Shown: positions 20,067 through 29,609 of the stretch, piece by piece | Layout of the letters: each line of letters starts with the position of its first letter | Numbering within the stretch: position 1 is the first letter of the stretch | From: Leptolyngbya sp. BL-A-14 | GTDB taxonomy: Bacteria; Cyanobacteriota; Cyanobacteriia; Leptolyngbyales; Leptolyngbyaceae | Length of the DNA stretch: 64,000 nucleotides | Direction of reading: 5' to 3' | NCBI GenBank assembly: GCA_041937185.1 | Contig: CP166621.1 | Coordinates: 2,260,571-2,324,570, forward strand | Translations under genes and position numbers: made by a program | Notes under the pieces: generated by a model | Database searches by the model: none | Told to the model about the DNA's origin: nothing | Seen by the model: the letters and a program-made list of their open reading frames with translations, nothing else

Positions 20067-20567
20067 TTATGAGGACGACAGTCTTCCGTTGTCTACTAAC
20101 AGCACGACAGCATAGGCTGAAATCCCTTCTTCGCGCCCGGTCGCATCAAGCCTTTCGTTCGTCGTTGCTTTAATACCAACTTGATCGGGTTGCAGCTTAA
20201 GAGCCGTAGAAAGCCGATCGCGCATTGCCTGAATATGGGGCTTAAGCTTTGGGCGCTCTGCTACAACCACTGAGTCAATATTGCCAATCTGCCACCCCTT
20301 GTCTTGGATCAGGTGATCGACCTGCATCAGTAAGGCAATGCTGTCTGCCCCTTTCCATTTGGGATCAGTCGGCGGAAAGTAATGCCCAATATCCCCCAGA
20401 CTAAGCGCACCTAGCATCGCATCCATAATGGCATGGGTGAGAACATCGGCATCGCTGTGCCCCAGCAAGCCCAATTCATGCTCAATTTTCACCCCGCCCA
20501 GAATGAGCGGGCGATCGCTGACCAATCGGTGTATATCGTACCCATTACCAATCCGGATATTCGTCAT
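20067..20567 (-). CDS. ispF: 2-C-methyl-D-erythritol 2,4-cyclodiphosphate synthase
   Basis: [12 protein letters not shown]...[19 protein letters not shown]...; 166 aa and a textbook IspF. Confidence 0.95.
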   Translation of the reverse strand: MTNIRIGNGYDIHRLVSDRPLILGGVKIEHELGLLGHSDADVLTHAIMDAMLGALSLGDIGHYFPPTDPKWKGADSIALLMQVDHLIQDKGWQIGNIDSVVVAERPKLKPHIQAMRDRLSTALKLQPDQVGIKATTNERLDATGREEGISAYAVVLLVDNGRLSSS

Positions 20568-20626
20568 CAGCCCACAGCACTCAACGTTTCGATTATAAGT
20601 TGATGCGTGTAGTCAGCCTTCTAAAG

Positions 20627-20780
20627 GAGTTTTGAGTAGCACTAGCTCCGAAGGAGCCACTTCGTTAATGCGCCGACAAGCTAGAGAGTTTTGAGTAGCA
20701 CCAGCGCCAAAGGAGCCACTCCGTGTTTCTTGTATACCGGAGGCTTTATGCGCAGTTACGCTAGAGAGTTTTGAGTTCAG
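20627..20780 (+). repeat. Dispersed ~70-bp element, two tandem copies (B1 and a diverged B2)
   Basis: B1 is gagttttgagtagcactagctccgaaggagccacttcgttaatgcgccgacaagctagagagttttgag. B2 is more diverged (...ccaaaggagccactccgtg...atgcgcagttacgctagagag). Confidence 0.7.
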
Positions 20781-20828
20781 TCGTCAAAATTCAGATCATT
20801 CCCAACCCCCAACCCCTAACCCCAAACA

Positions 20829-21458
20829 TCAAGCAATCGGCACCAAATCTGAGTAATCCGCTTTCAAGTCTGCTTCTGTTAAGCTGTCCAGCGGATCTTG
20901 AGGTGTCCAGAGAAGTTCAAACGCTAGCAAATAGCGCGAACTTACCAACAAAATATCCTTCAACACATCACGCAGCAGAGAGCCAGAATAAATCTCATTA
21001 AAGAGGGGTTGATCATCAGCCGTTCCTAACAGCAAAGTTACCACAATGTAAGCAGGGTTATCGCTAGCAGTTGGTGCGGGGGGCGTGGGTTGCTGGCTAA
21101 CCACTCCATTGACATTGCTTAAGGTTTCAGCGCTGAATTTAGCGCGTTCTTGCATAGAGAACTTATTAAAGAGCGCTTCTGCTTCTTCCCGACTATCAAC
21201 GGTGTGCGATCCTGCTAAAACATGCGTCCAGAAATCTTCGTTCTCCAGTAGCACATTCGCTGTCTCTTGCAACAGTTCAAACAGTCCCTCTGGCGTGGCC
21301 GTGTTTGACCGTAGCGCGATCGCTGAGAATTGGGTTTGGAGACGTTTAGCCCGCGATCGCAGCACCACCTGTAGCCTGCTGACCGTCACAATATCATTCG
21401 TTAATTCGGGACTGTCTAAAGATTCGCTTTCTGAAGATTCTTGTAAGTATGGTTCCAT
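20829..21458 (-). CDS. DUF1517-like protein: N-terminally truncated paralogue of the downstream gene, lacking the signal/Gly-Ser/TM region
   Basis: Shares blocks with 21682..22800: VTVSRLQVVLR versus VTVSKIQVALL, YIVVTLLLGTADDQPLF versus YIVVTLLVGTAHDKPLF, FELLWTPQDPLDSLTEADL versus FELLWSPQDSSDSLTYDEL. Confidence 0.5.
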   Translation of the reverse strand: MEPYLQESSESESLDSPELTNDIVTVSRLQVVLRSRAKRLQTQFSAIALRSNTATPEGLFELLQETANVLLENEDFWTHVLAGSHTVDSREEAEALFNKFSMQERAKFSAETLSNVNGVVSQQPTPPAPTASDNPAYIVVTLLLGTADDQPLFNEIYSGSLLRDVLKDILLVSSRYLLAFELLWTPQDPLDSLTEADLKADYSDLVPIA

Positions 21459-21681
21459 AACACCCTATTGTGCAGCATTTGCTGATTGAGATGGTTTGAG
21501 TATACGGTCATATGGCTTTATCGCTACAAAACCATAAAGCGACAAAGGCAAGTTGGGGCATTGGCAACGGCTGTTCCTTCGCTCTATGTCATGGGCGAGA
21601 CGCTCAAATTAGAAGCCAATTTTTCAGCATTCCTCACCCATTTATCCCCACCACCATCAAGCATGCCGCCACGGTGCCTGC

Positions 21682-22800
21682 TTAAATTTGCACCATGTCT
21701 GTGTATTCGGTTAGCAATTCGTCATAGGTCAGGCTATCGGACGAATCCTGAGGGCTCCAGAGCAGTTCAAACGTCATCAGGTAGTCAGACGGAAGAGAGG
21801 CTAGTTGTTCTAACACCTGGGTCAACTCTTCTTGCGTTCGTACCTTGTCGAAAAGGGGCTTGTCATGTGCGGTTCCAACCAATAGCGTCACGACGATATA
21901 GGAAGCGGGGTCGTCCTCAGGATCAGGCTTAAACCGATCGTTCTTGCTCACCCTGCCGCCCACATTGGTCAAGGTCTCGACACTAAACTTGCTACGTTCA
22001 GTAATCGAAAGCTTGTTAAAGAGAGCTTCTGCATCTTCCCGTCTTTTGACTGTTTTGGAGTCTGCCAGGACGTGTGACCAGTTTTCAGGCATGCGCAGCA
22101 ATGCTAAAGCGGCTTCTTGTACAAGTTGTAGCAGCCCTTCTAAGGTATCTGTATCGACCTCCAGGCTCAGATTGGTCAACTCTGACTGGATCTCGCGTGC
22201 TTCTGCCAACAACGCTACCTGGATTTTGCTCACGGTGACGGTGTTGTTGTCCAGTTCGGCGTTACCTGTTGCCCCGTCTGGGTTACGCATGACTTTAAAG
22301 AAAAGGAAAGCAAGCCCAATGCCGACGATCGCAAAGATACCAAGGACAAAGAGTACGATGATCCAACCAAGGGCAGAATCATCAGTCGTTGAGGCTTGGC
22401 TGTTGTTAGAGCCATTATTGGAGCCATTGCTGTACCCGTTGTTGCGGTAGGGATCATTGTAGATGGTGGGTCCACCTGGCACTGGCACAATGACCGTACC
22501 ACCGCCGCTGTTATAGGAGCGATCGCGCGAGTAAGACGGGCTATTGCTGAAACTGCTCGAAGAACCAGACGAGCGGGAACTAGAGCCTGATGATTTAGAA
22601 CTACTAGAACCCGACGATCGGGACGGAGACGAACGAAAGGAACCGCCTCCACTGCGTCCACCACTACTACGAGCGGTAGCAGCGGCATCAAAGGTCAGGT
22701 GTGAACTGGTTGTATCTGTAGCAGGGTGAATGGTGATCGTGCTCGCTAGTAGTGCTCCTACAGCGAGGGCACTATAGCGCCGAAAGCTTGAATGTCCCAT
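21682..22800 (-). CDS. DUF1517-family protein (signal peptide, Gly/Ser-rich region, TM helix, conserved C-terminal domain)
   Basis: 372 aa. Signal peptide, a long SSGSSS low-complexity stretch, the TM segment WIIVLFVLGIFAIVGIGLAFLFF, then a conserved domain shared with the upstream paralogue. Confidence 0.55.
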   Translation of the reverse strand: MGHSSFRRYSALAVGALLASTITIHPATDTTSSHLTFDAAATARSSGGRSGGGSFRSSPSRSSGSSSSKSSGSSSRSSGSSSSFSNSPSYSRDRSYNSGGGTVIVPVPGGPTIYNDPYRNNGYSNGSNNGSNNSQASTTDDSALGWIIVLFVLGIFAIVGIGLAFLFFKVMRNPDGATGNAELDNNTVTVSKIQVALLAEAREIQSELTNLSLEVDTDTLEGLLQLVQEAALALLRMPENWSHVLADSKTVKRREDAEALFNKLSITERSKFSVETLTNVGGRVSKNDRFKPDPEDDPASYIVVTLLVGTAHDKPLFDKVRTQEELTQVLEQLASLPSDYLMTFELLWSPQDSSDSLTYDELLTEYTDMVQI

Positions 22801-22892
22801 GAGGTGAATTTATGAATAGATTGTCCGATCGCAAGCCGTCACGCCTGACCTACACCCATTGTAGGCAATCCACTCTGGGCAAGCGTGTCTTG

Positions 22893-23597
22893 CTATGATT
22901 CTTGACTGAGGTGCTCTGCAAGCCATTGAGCGTAGAGGTCAGGGCGGCGATCGCGGGTACGTTCAAGTTGCTGGGTCTTACGCCACTGCGCGATCGCCTG
23001 GTGATTCCCCGATAGCAACACGTCGGGTACGCTCCATTCCCGAAAAACAGGCGGACGAGTGTATTGCGGAAAATCGAGCAGGCCATCTTCAAAGCTCTCA
23101 GCTTTCAGGGATTCGGCTTTGCCAACGGTGCCTGGTAATAAGCGGATCACCCCATTGAGCAGTGCCAGTGCTGGAATTTCGCCGCACGTCAGCACAAAAT
23201 CGCCAAGCGACACTTCGTGCGTGACCAGGTGCAGCACCCGCTCATCCACCCCTTCATAATGTCCGCAAATGATGACGAGTTGATCCCAGTCGATCGCCAA
23301 CTGCTGAAACATCGATTGCCGCATCGGCTCACCCTGAGGGGTCATCAATAGCACCGCACGCCGGGGCAACGCAGGTAAGGATTCAACCGCCGCAAAAATT
23401 GGCTCGGGTTTCATTAACATGCCTACCCCGCCGCCATAGGGTTCATCGTCTACTCGATGATGCTTATCCGTTGTAAAATCGCGGGGATTGGTAAAGTGCA
23501 CTGTGGCGATTTGCTTCGCCAAAGCTTTACCCAGCAAGCCCGAACTCAAGGGTGAGGCAAAAAAATCGGGAAAGAGCGTGACAAGATCAAAGCGCAT
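22893..23597 (-). CDS. trmD: tRNA (guanine37-N1)-methyltransferase
   Basis: MRFDLVTLFPDFF...HRVDDEPYGGGVGMLMKPEP... is a canonical TrmD. Confidence 0.95.
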   Translation of the reverse strand: MRFDLVTLFPDFFASPLSSGLLGKALAKQIATVHFTNPRDFTTDKHHRVDDEPYGGGVGMLMKPEPIFAAVESLPALPRRAVLLMTPQGEPMRQSMFQQLAIDWDQLVIICGHYEGVDERVLHLVTHEVSLGDFVLTCGEIPALALLNGVIRLLPGTVGKAESLKAESFEDGLLDFPQYTRPPVFREWSVPDVLLSGNHQAIAQWRKTQQLERTRDRRPDLYAQWLAEHLSQES

Positions 23598-23996
23598 TGT
23601 AGTTGAACGGTAGACTAGAAGGCGTTACCAACTTGCAAGCCCACCTCGTCCTGGTTTAAGGTTCATCGTTTCAACCCTATCAGTTAGATGAAAAAATTGA
23701 ATAAAATCTTGTGGTCAGTTAACTTACGTTTCCACGATCTGGCATGATGAAGCCTGAGAGAGCGAAAGGCTTTAAGGTGCGGTTTGGGTCTGCAACGATC
23801 GCGCTTAATGTCTTAGTCTCAGTCCTTTCAATCGTTTTGCCAAGCAAACATTATGATGAGGACAATGAGCGAGGCACGCGGCAATATGGATAAAGGCAGC
23901 GTCTATACCTCAGTCATAAAGCTATGGGAGCGCTTTTTCCCGACTGCGCCCGACCTTACAGCGTCGCAAATCGACTTTCAGTGCCTTGGAGAGAAC

Positions 23997-24821
23997 ATGC
24001 CCCAATCTACAAAGACTGCCATTATGGTCATTGGGGGAGCAGAAGATAAGGTTCACGGACGGGAGATTCTGTACAACTTTTTCGGTCGTTCAGGGTCTAC
24101 CGAGGCTCGCATCGCCATTATTCCCTCTGCTTCCCGAGAACCTGCCATTATTGGCGATCGCTATCTAACAATCTTTGGCGAGATGGGCGCAAAAGGGATC
24201 GAAATTCTGGACATCCGCGATCGCGAGCAGTGCGAAGATCCCCTGATGCAAAGTTACGTTGAAAACTGTACAGGCGTCTTTATGACCGGTGGTGACCAAC
24301 TGCGCCTTTGTGGACTTTTGGCTGACACACCGCTCATGAAAACAGTACGAGAACGGGCACAGAAAGGTGACATTACGCTTGCAGGGACGAGTGCAGGCGC
24401 AGCGGTCATGGGTCATTATATGATTGCAGGTGGAGGCAGTGGTGAGTCACCCAACCGAGCGTTGGTTGATATGACGACAGGATTGGGTATCATTCCTGAA
24501 GTCATTGTGGATCAACATTTTCACAACCGTAATCGGATGGCTCGGCTCATGAGCGCGATCGCGGCCTACCCCGATCGAATGGGCATTGGCATTGATGAAG
24601 ATACCTGTGCGCTGTTTGAAGGGGATGGTACGCTGCAAGTAATTGGTAAAGGAACCGTGACCATCTTAGACCCAGGCGAACTGTGTTACACCAATCACCC
24701 CAAGGTTGGTGCAACCGACCCGCTCAGCATTGGTAACCTTCGGCTGCATATCTTGAGCCATAGCGATCGCTACGATTTTCACAAGCGCATGCCCATCTTT
24801 CCCGGCTGCGGCATCACTTGA
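23997..24821 (+). CDS. cphB: Cyanophycinase (peptidase S51)
   Basis: From the internal Met at 23997: MPQSTKTAIMVIGGAEDKVHGREIL...GTSAGAAVMGHYMIAGG...VDQHFHNRNRMARL, closely resembling known CphB. The ORF-track start at 23853 is probably too long. Confidence 0.9.
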   Translation: MPQSTKTAIMVIGGAEDKVHGREILYNFFGRSGSTEARIAIIPSASREPAIIGDRYLTIFGEMGAKGIEILDIRDREQCEDPLMQSYVENCTGVFMTGGDQLRLCGLLADTPLMKTVRERAQKGDITLAGTSAGAAVMGHYMIAGGGSGESPNRALVDMTTGLGIIPEVIVDQHFHNRNRMARLMSAIAAYPDRMGIGIDEDTCALFEGDGTLQVIGKGTVTILDPGELCYTNHPKVGATDPLSIGNLRLHILSHSDRYDFHKRMPIFPGCGIT

Positions 24822-25225
24822 AGGTTTCAAGCAAGCGGAAGCATAAATTCTCACTGAACTAAACTCAGTAGGCAGTTTCTGTCAAAGCGCGGCGTTACCT
24901 TTACAAGGCAACGCTTCCAATGACATCTTGAGGATGAAAGTTTCCTTTCCCCTATCCCACACGACCGGTCCTGCTGTTTTTGCCGAATGCTTTAAGTCGG
25001 GTTCCCCACATTTTAACTCCAAAATGTTCGCCATGAACAGTATGTCAGCTTTTGAGGGTTTGAAACTGGTTAATCGGTTCCCTATACATCGTTTTAAACA
25101 CAACTATTTGATGCAACCGCCTGGTGCGCCGTGAGCCAGCTTTGAATCGGGTATCTCATCACATTTGCTTTAGATACACCTAATCAGACACATCTAATCA
25201 GAGTCCCTCCTAAACCTTCAGTGTC

Positions 25226-27973
25226 ATGAAAATACTCAAAATACAGACATTACGTGGTCCCAACTATTGGAGCATTCGACGCCAAAAGCTCATCGTGATG
25301 CGTCTGGATTTGGAGGATCTAGCAGACAAGCCCTCAAATGTGATTCCCGGTTTCTACGAAGGGCTGACCGAAGCATTGCCCAGCCTGATTGAGCATTTTT
25401 GTTCGCCCGGGTGCCGGGGTGGTTTCCTTAGTCGCGTTAAGGAAGGCACGATGATGGGGCATATCATTGAGCACGTTGCCCTGGAACTTCAAGAATTGGC
25501 AGGCATGATCGTTGGGTTTGGCCGCACCCGTGAAACCGCCAATCTGGGCACCTATCAGGTGGTGTTTGAGTACCAGGACGAACAGGCAGGACGCTATGCT
25601 GCCAGAGCAGCCGTGCGGCTTTGCCAGAGCATTGTTGAAACGGGACATTACCCCAAAGAAGAACTGGAACAAGACCTGCAAGATTTGCGATCGCTCTGGG
25701 CTGATGCCTCGCTAGGTCCCAGTACTGAAACGCTGGTAAAAGAGGCAGAAGCACGCGGCATTCCCTGGTTTCAACTCAGTGCCCGCGCCATGATTCAGTT
25801 AGGGTATGGCGTGCATCAAAAGCGCATTCAGGCAACGCTGAGCAATCGCACCAGCATTCTGGCGGTAGAGCTTGCGTCCGACAAAGAAGGCACCAAGCAA
25901 ATCCTACGGGAAGCAGGCGTTCCGGTTCCTCGTGGGACGGTGATTAGCTACCTGGACGATCTGGAAGGCGCGATCGCCGACGTGGGTGGATATCCGATCG
26001 TCATTAAGCCACTGGATGGCAATCATGGTCGAGGCATCACGATCAACATCACAAATTGGGATCAGGCGGAAGCTGCTTACGATGCCGCTAAAGAAGTCTC
26101 CAGAGATGTAATTGTCGAGAGGTTTTATCAGGGACGGGATCATCGCGTTCTGGTTATTAACGGTAAGGTTGTAGCCGTAGCTGAGCGCGTCCCCGCTCAT
26201 GTCGTGGGCGATGGCAAACTGACGATCGACCAACTCATCGAGCAAACCAATCTCGATCCCCGGAGAGGTGAAGGGCACGAGAATGTGCTGACCAAGCTGG
26301 AAGTCGATCGCACGACCTGGCAACTATTGGAAAAACAGGGCTATACCCTCGATACCGTGCTGCCAGAGGGGGAGATCTTCTACTTGCGCGCCACCGCGAA
26401 TTTGAGTACGGGTGGCATTGCGGTCGATCGCACAGACGATATTCATCCTGAAAATATTTGGCTGGCACAACGGGTTGCCAAAATCATCGGCCTGGATATT
26501 GCCGGGATCGACGTAGTAACGGCTGATATTTCGCGTCCGCTCAGTGAAGTCGATGGCGTCATTGTTGAAGTCAATGCGGCTCCTGGCTTCCGGATGCATG
26601 TTAGCCCTAGTGAAGGCATTCCCCGTAATGTGGCGGAGCCTGTCTTAAGTATGTTGTTTCCGCCTGGTGCCCCTAGCCGCATACCCATCATTGCGCTGAC
26701 TGGCACCAACGGCAAAACCACAACCACCCGTCTGACGGCACACATCTTTAAGCAAACGGGGCAAGTCGTTGGCTACACTACAACGGATGGTACGTACATC
26801 GGTGATTACCTGGTCGAGCCGGGAGACAATACAGGGCCGCAGAGCGCTCGCCTCATCCTGCAAGATCCAACTGTTGAAGTAGCGGTGTTAGAAAGCGCTA
26901 GAGGTGGCATTCTTCGCTCTGGGTTAGCGTTTAACGCCTGCGATATTGGTGTTGTGCTGAACGTAGCCGCCGACCATCTGGGCCTTGGCGACATCAATAC
27001 GATCGAGCAAATGGCACAAGTAAAAGGGGTCGTGGCCGAAACTGTGATGCCCGGTGGCTATGCCATCTTGAACGCGGATGATCCTCTAGTGGCAGCGATG
27101 GCCGATCGCGTCAAGGGACAAGTGGCTTATTTCTCCATGAAGCCAGATAGCCCGTTGATTCGATCGCACACACAGCAAGGCGGACTGGCTGCCGTCTACG
27201 AAAACGGTTATTTATCAATTCTTAAGGGCGACTGGACGTTGCGGATTGAGCAGGCGGTGAATGTACCCCTCACGTTGGCAGGACGGGCACCCTTTATGAT
27301 TGCCAACGCGCTGGCTGCAAGTTTGGCGGCCTTTGCTCAGGGCGTTCGCATTGAGGATATTCGCGACGCACTGATGACCTTCCAGGCATCGACCGAGCAA
27401 ACGCCTGGACGGATGAACCTGGTCAACCTTGGTCGGTATCATGCCCTGGTCGATTATGCTCACAATGCCCACAGTTACGAAGCGTTGGCTGGCTTTGTGC
27501 AAAACTGGCCCGGTGAACGGATTGGTGTAGTGGGTGGCCCTGGTGATCGTCGGGATGAAGACTTCGTCACGCTGGGCAAACTCTCGGCACAGATGTTCGA
27601 TTGTATCATCATCAAAGAAGACGACGACACACGGGGTAGACCACGCGGAGCCGCCGCCGCTTTAATTAGCGAGGGGATTGCTCAGGTAAAACCAGACGCA
27701 CGGTACGAAACGATCCTTGATGAGACCACGGCAATTCAGACTGCTCTGGATGCAGCCTCGCTTAACGGTCTGGTCGTGATCTTGCCTGAAAGCGTCACTC
27801 GCGCCATTAGCTTGATCGAAGCACGTCGCCCAGACAAACCACAGACCCCTGCCCCCGTTGCCGTAAAGCCAGCGGAAAATGGACAGGCTGCCACTAACCA
27901 TTCAGAACAACTACAGACGGTTTCCGAGACCAATCCAGAAGAATCTGTAGAATACGTTAACTTCAGCCGCTAA
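25226..27973 (+). CDS. cphA: Cyanophycin synthetase
   Basis: 915 aa. The N-terminus MKILKIQTLRGPNYWS is a CphA hallmark. It has an ATP-grasp domain plus a C-terminal Mur-ligase-like domain (GTNGKTTTTRL). Confidence 0.95.
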   Translation: MKILKIQTLRGPNYWSIRRQKLIVMRLDLEDLADKPSNVIPGFYEGLTEALPSLIEHFCSPGCRGGFLSRVKEGTMMGHIIEHVALELQELAGMIVGFGRTRETANLGTYQVVFEYQDEQAGRYAARAAVRLCQSIVETGHYPKEELEQDLQDLRSLWADASLGPSTETLVKEAEARGIPWFQLSARAMIQLGYGVHQKRIQATLSNRTSILAVELASDKEGTKQILREAGVPVPRGTVISYLDDLEGAIADVGGYPIVIKPLDGNHGRGITINITNWDQAEAAYDAAKEVSRDVIVERFYQGRDHRVLVINGKVVAVAERVPAHVVGDGKLTIDQLIEQTNLDPRRGEGHENVLTKLEVDRTTWQLLEKQGYTLDTVLPEGEIFYLRATANLSTGGIAVDRTDDIHPENIWLAQRVAKIIGLDIAGIDVVTADISRPLSEVDGVIVEVNAAPGFRMHVSPSEGIPRNVAEPVLSMLFPPGAPSRIPIIALTGTNGKTTTTRLTAHIFKQTGQVVGYTTTDGTYIGDYLVEPGDNTGPQSARLILQDPTVEVAVLESARGGILRSGLAFNACDIGVVLNVAADHLGLGDINTIEQMAQVKGVVAETVMPGGYAILNADDPLVAAMADRVKGQVAYFSMKPDSPLIRSHTQQGGLAAVYENGYLSILKGDWTLRIEQAVNVPLTLAGRAPFMIANALAASLAAFAQGVRIEDIRDALMTFQASTEQTPGRMNLVNLGRYHALVDYAHNAHSYEALAGFVQNWPGERIGVVGGPGDRRDEDFVTLGKLSAQMFDCIIIKEDDDTRGRPRGAAAALISEGIAQVKPDARYETILDETTAIQTALDAASLNGLVVILPESVTRAISLIEARRPDKPQTPAPVAVKPAENGQAATNHSEQLQTVSETNPEESVEYVNFSR

Positions 27974-28137
27974 CCCGTTTGTGAAGCAATCTCAGGATCG
28001 TGAGGAGCAGGTTAAACCTTAGACAACCCTGCACGTAGTGTCGATCGGCTTACTTCCAGTCATTTCTATTTCTGACATGACTGATCTATTCATTCAAATA
28101 GCGGAACTAGTCGATCGCGCCCCGTTCTTTAAGCCAC

Positions 28138-28205
28138 ATCTGCTAAAGCGTGATCGTTGTTTTGCCAGCACCATTCGATTGTTTGGCAACTCTGAAAGCT
28201 AGCAC
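28138..28205. repeat. About 70-bp direct repeat, left copy (CATCTGCTAAAGCGYGATCGTTGTTTTGCCARCACYATTCGAT...)
   Basis: About 85% identical by eye to 29012..29080, in the same orientation; the two copies bracket the Uma2 gene. Confidence 0.7.
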
Positions 28206-28229
28206 TAGCAATTTGGGCGATCAACAATT

Positions 28230-28856
28230 TTATTTGACCGCTCTTAACACTTGCTCAGCCGTCAGTTTTAAGCTTGGAAAGGTGAGTGAAACGATCGGCT
28301 GATTACCTCGAAGCTGTTGAATCTCATACTCCCCATTCACTAACGTACAGATAGAGAGGGTAGGTTGTTTAGGTTTCCCAATGTGTCGAGTTCCGCCTAA
28401 GCCTGCATAGTCTGCAATCCAATATTCGGGAATGCCTAAAACTGCGTAATCTTCAACCTTACGGGCATAATCATTTTGCCAGTTGCTACTCACAACTTCC
28501 GCTACAAATTTAATCGAACTGCCCAGCGTGAGAATTGACTGATCAGACCAGAGCGGCTCTTTGGCTAGTTCATCGCGATCGACAACTAGAACATCAGGGC
28601 GAAAGGCGGTCATGCCACTGTTAGAAGGGCGCAAGAGTCCCCGTTGGAGAACGAACCAAGGTAAATCTGTTCCGTCGATTTGGACGCAGAGCTTTGCAGT
28701 AATGAAGGCTGCTACCTCTTCATGCAAGCCTGTTGGTTCCAAGTCGAACACCTCTCCATCGATCAATTCGTAGCGGTTGTCGCTGCCATAACAGGCGAGA
28801 AATTCGTCAAAGCTAAGTGGCTGCTGTTGTATTGGCTGGTTGATTGCAATAGTCAT
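28230..28856 (-). CDS. Uma2-family (DUF820) endonuclease
   Basis: ...FRPDVLVVDRDE...FVAEVVS...GIPEYWIADY... core. Confidence 0.8.
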   Translation of the reverse strand: MTIAINQPIQQQPLSFDEFLACYGSDNRYELIDGEVFDLEPTGLHEEVAAFITAKLCVQIDGTDLPWFVLQRGLLRPSNSGMTAFRPDVLVVDRDELAKEPLWSDQSILTLGSSIKFVAEVVSSNWQNDYARKVEDYAVLGIPEYWIADYAGLGGTRHIGKPKQPTLSICTLVNGEYEIQQLRGNQPIVSLTFPSLKLTAEQVLRAVK

Positions 28857-29011
28857 CGGTCAACTTAGCCCGATCAATATCTTCACAGCCTACCAAATAG
28901 AAGCAGTGAGGGACACGTAACGCATTAATGTTATTGGACGAGTGCCCTAATTGCATATAGGAATCAATGCGATCGCACTCGCTCATCGATCGCACCCTAT
29001 CACTTCAACCG

Positions 29012-29080
29012 CATCTGCTAAAGCGCGATCGTTGTTTTGCCAACACTATTCGATCTTTGGGCAGATTCGAAGCTTTTAGT
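29012..29080. repeat. About 70-bp direct repeat, right copy
   Basis: See 28138..28205. Confidence 0.7.
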
Positions 29081-29164
29081 GCCAAAGGTTTGAGCGATCG
29101 TAGCCACGGATAGCCAATTGTAGTCGGCACTCGCAAACAGAGACGGGACAGCATACACCCTACG

Positions 29165-29569
29165 TTACTTATTGCCACTATCTTTAAAGGAAACGAAACC
29201 AACCATATTTTCGGCTTCTTTATGTGCAGAAAGCAGTTTATCAATATCAGGCGTTTTCCCTTCTGAATACTCTAGAATTGCTTGCTCTAAATGTCTGAAG
29301 GCTCTCCAAACATCGCTTGCTTTACCTTGTACATTGAAAGAATTTAGTAAAGCTGTAAGTAAGGCAGCTGTAAATGTTAAAGCTTTCAGCCAAACACCGT
29401 TTTTCAACTCATCTGTGAATGTAGCTGCAACTAGCGAAGTAACAACTGAAGCTATGGCAAGCACAATAAACAAAGCTTGTAAAATTCCAGCCCAAATGCC
29501 ATATCTTTTCACCCTTTCTCTAATTTGGCGAGGGACTTGTCTGAAATCACTACTATTATCAATATTCAT
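29165..29569 (-). CDS. Small two-transmembrane membrane protein in an AT-rich patch; architecture resembles a standalone SLATT-type 2TM domain (inference)
   Basis: 134 aa. A basic segment (RQIRERVKRY) is followed by two TM helices (IWAGILQALFIVLAIASVVTSLVAA; WLKALTFTAALLTALLNSF) and a helical tail (WRAFRHLEQAILEY). By eye the local GC content is clearly lower than in the flanking DNA. The opposite-strand ORF 29172..29579 is rejected. Confidence 0.4.
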   Translation of the reverse strand: MNIDNSSDFRQVPRQIRERVKRYGIWAGILQALFIVLAIASVVTSLVAATFTDELKNGVWLKALTFTAALLTALLNSFNVQGKASDVWRAFRHLEQAILEYSEGKTPDIDKLLSAHKEAENMVGFVSFKDSGNK

Positions 29570-29609
29570 AAGTTCTTAAAATCTTTGCAGAATTGAACAA
29601 GTTGATTTA

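Noticed and set aside
22230-22729. Multiple ORFs on both strands within the DUF1517 gene
   Set aside because: They are translations of the Gly/Ser-rich coding repeat and are nested in the 372-aa ORF with its conserved C-terminal domain.
29172-29579. Plus-strand ORF of 135 aa opposite the 2TM gene
   Set aside because: The minus-strand product has clean TM helices and charged termini. The plus-strand product is Ser/Cys/Leu-rich without such features. Only one strand can reasonably be coding, and I chose the minus strand.
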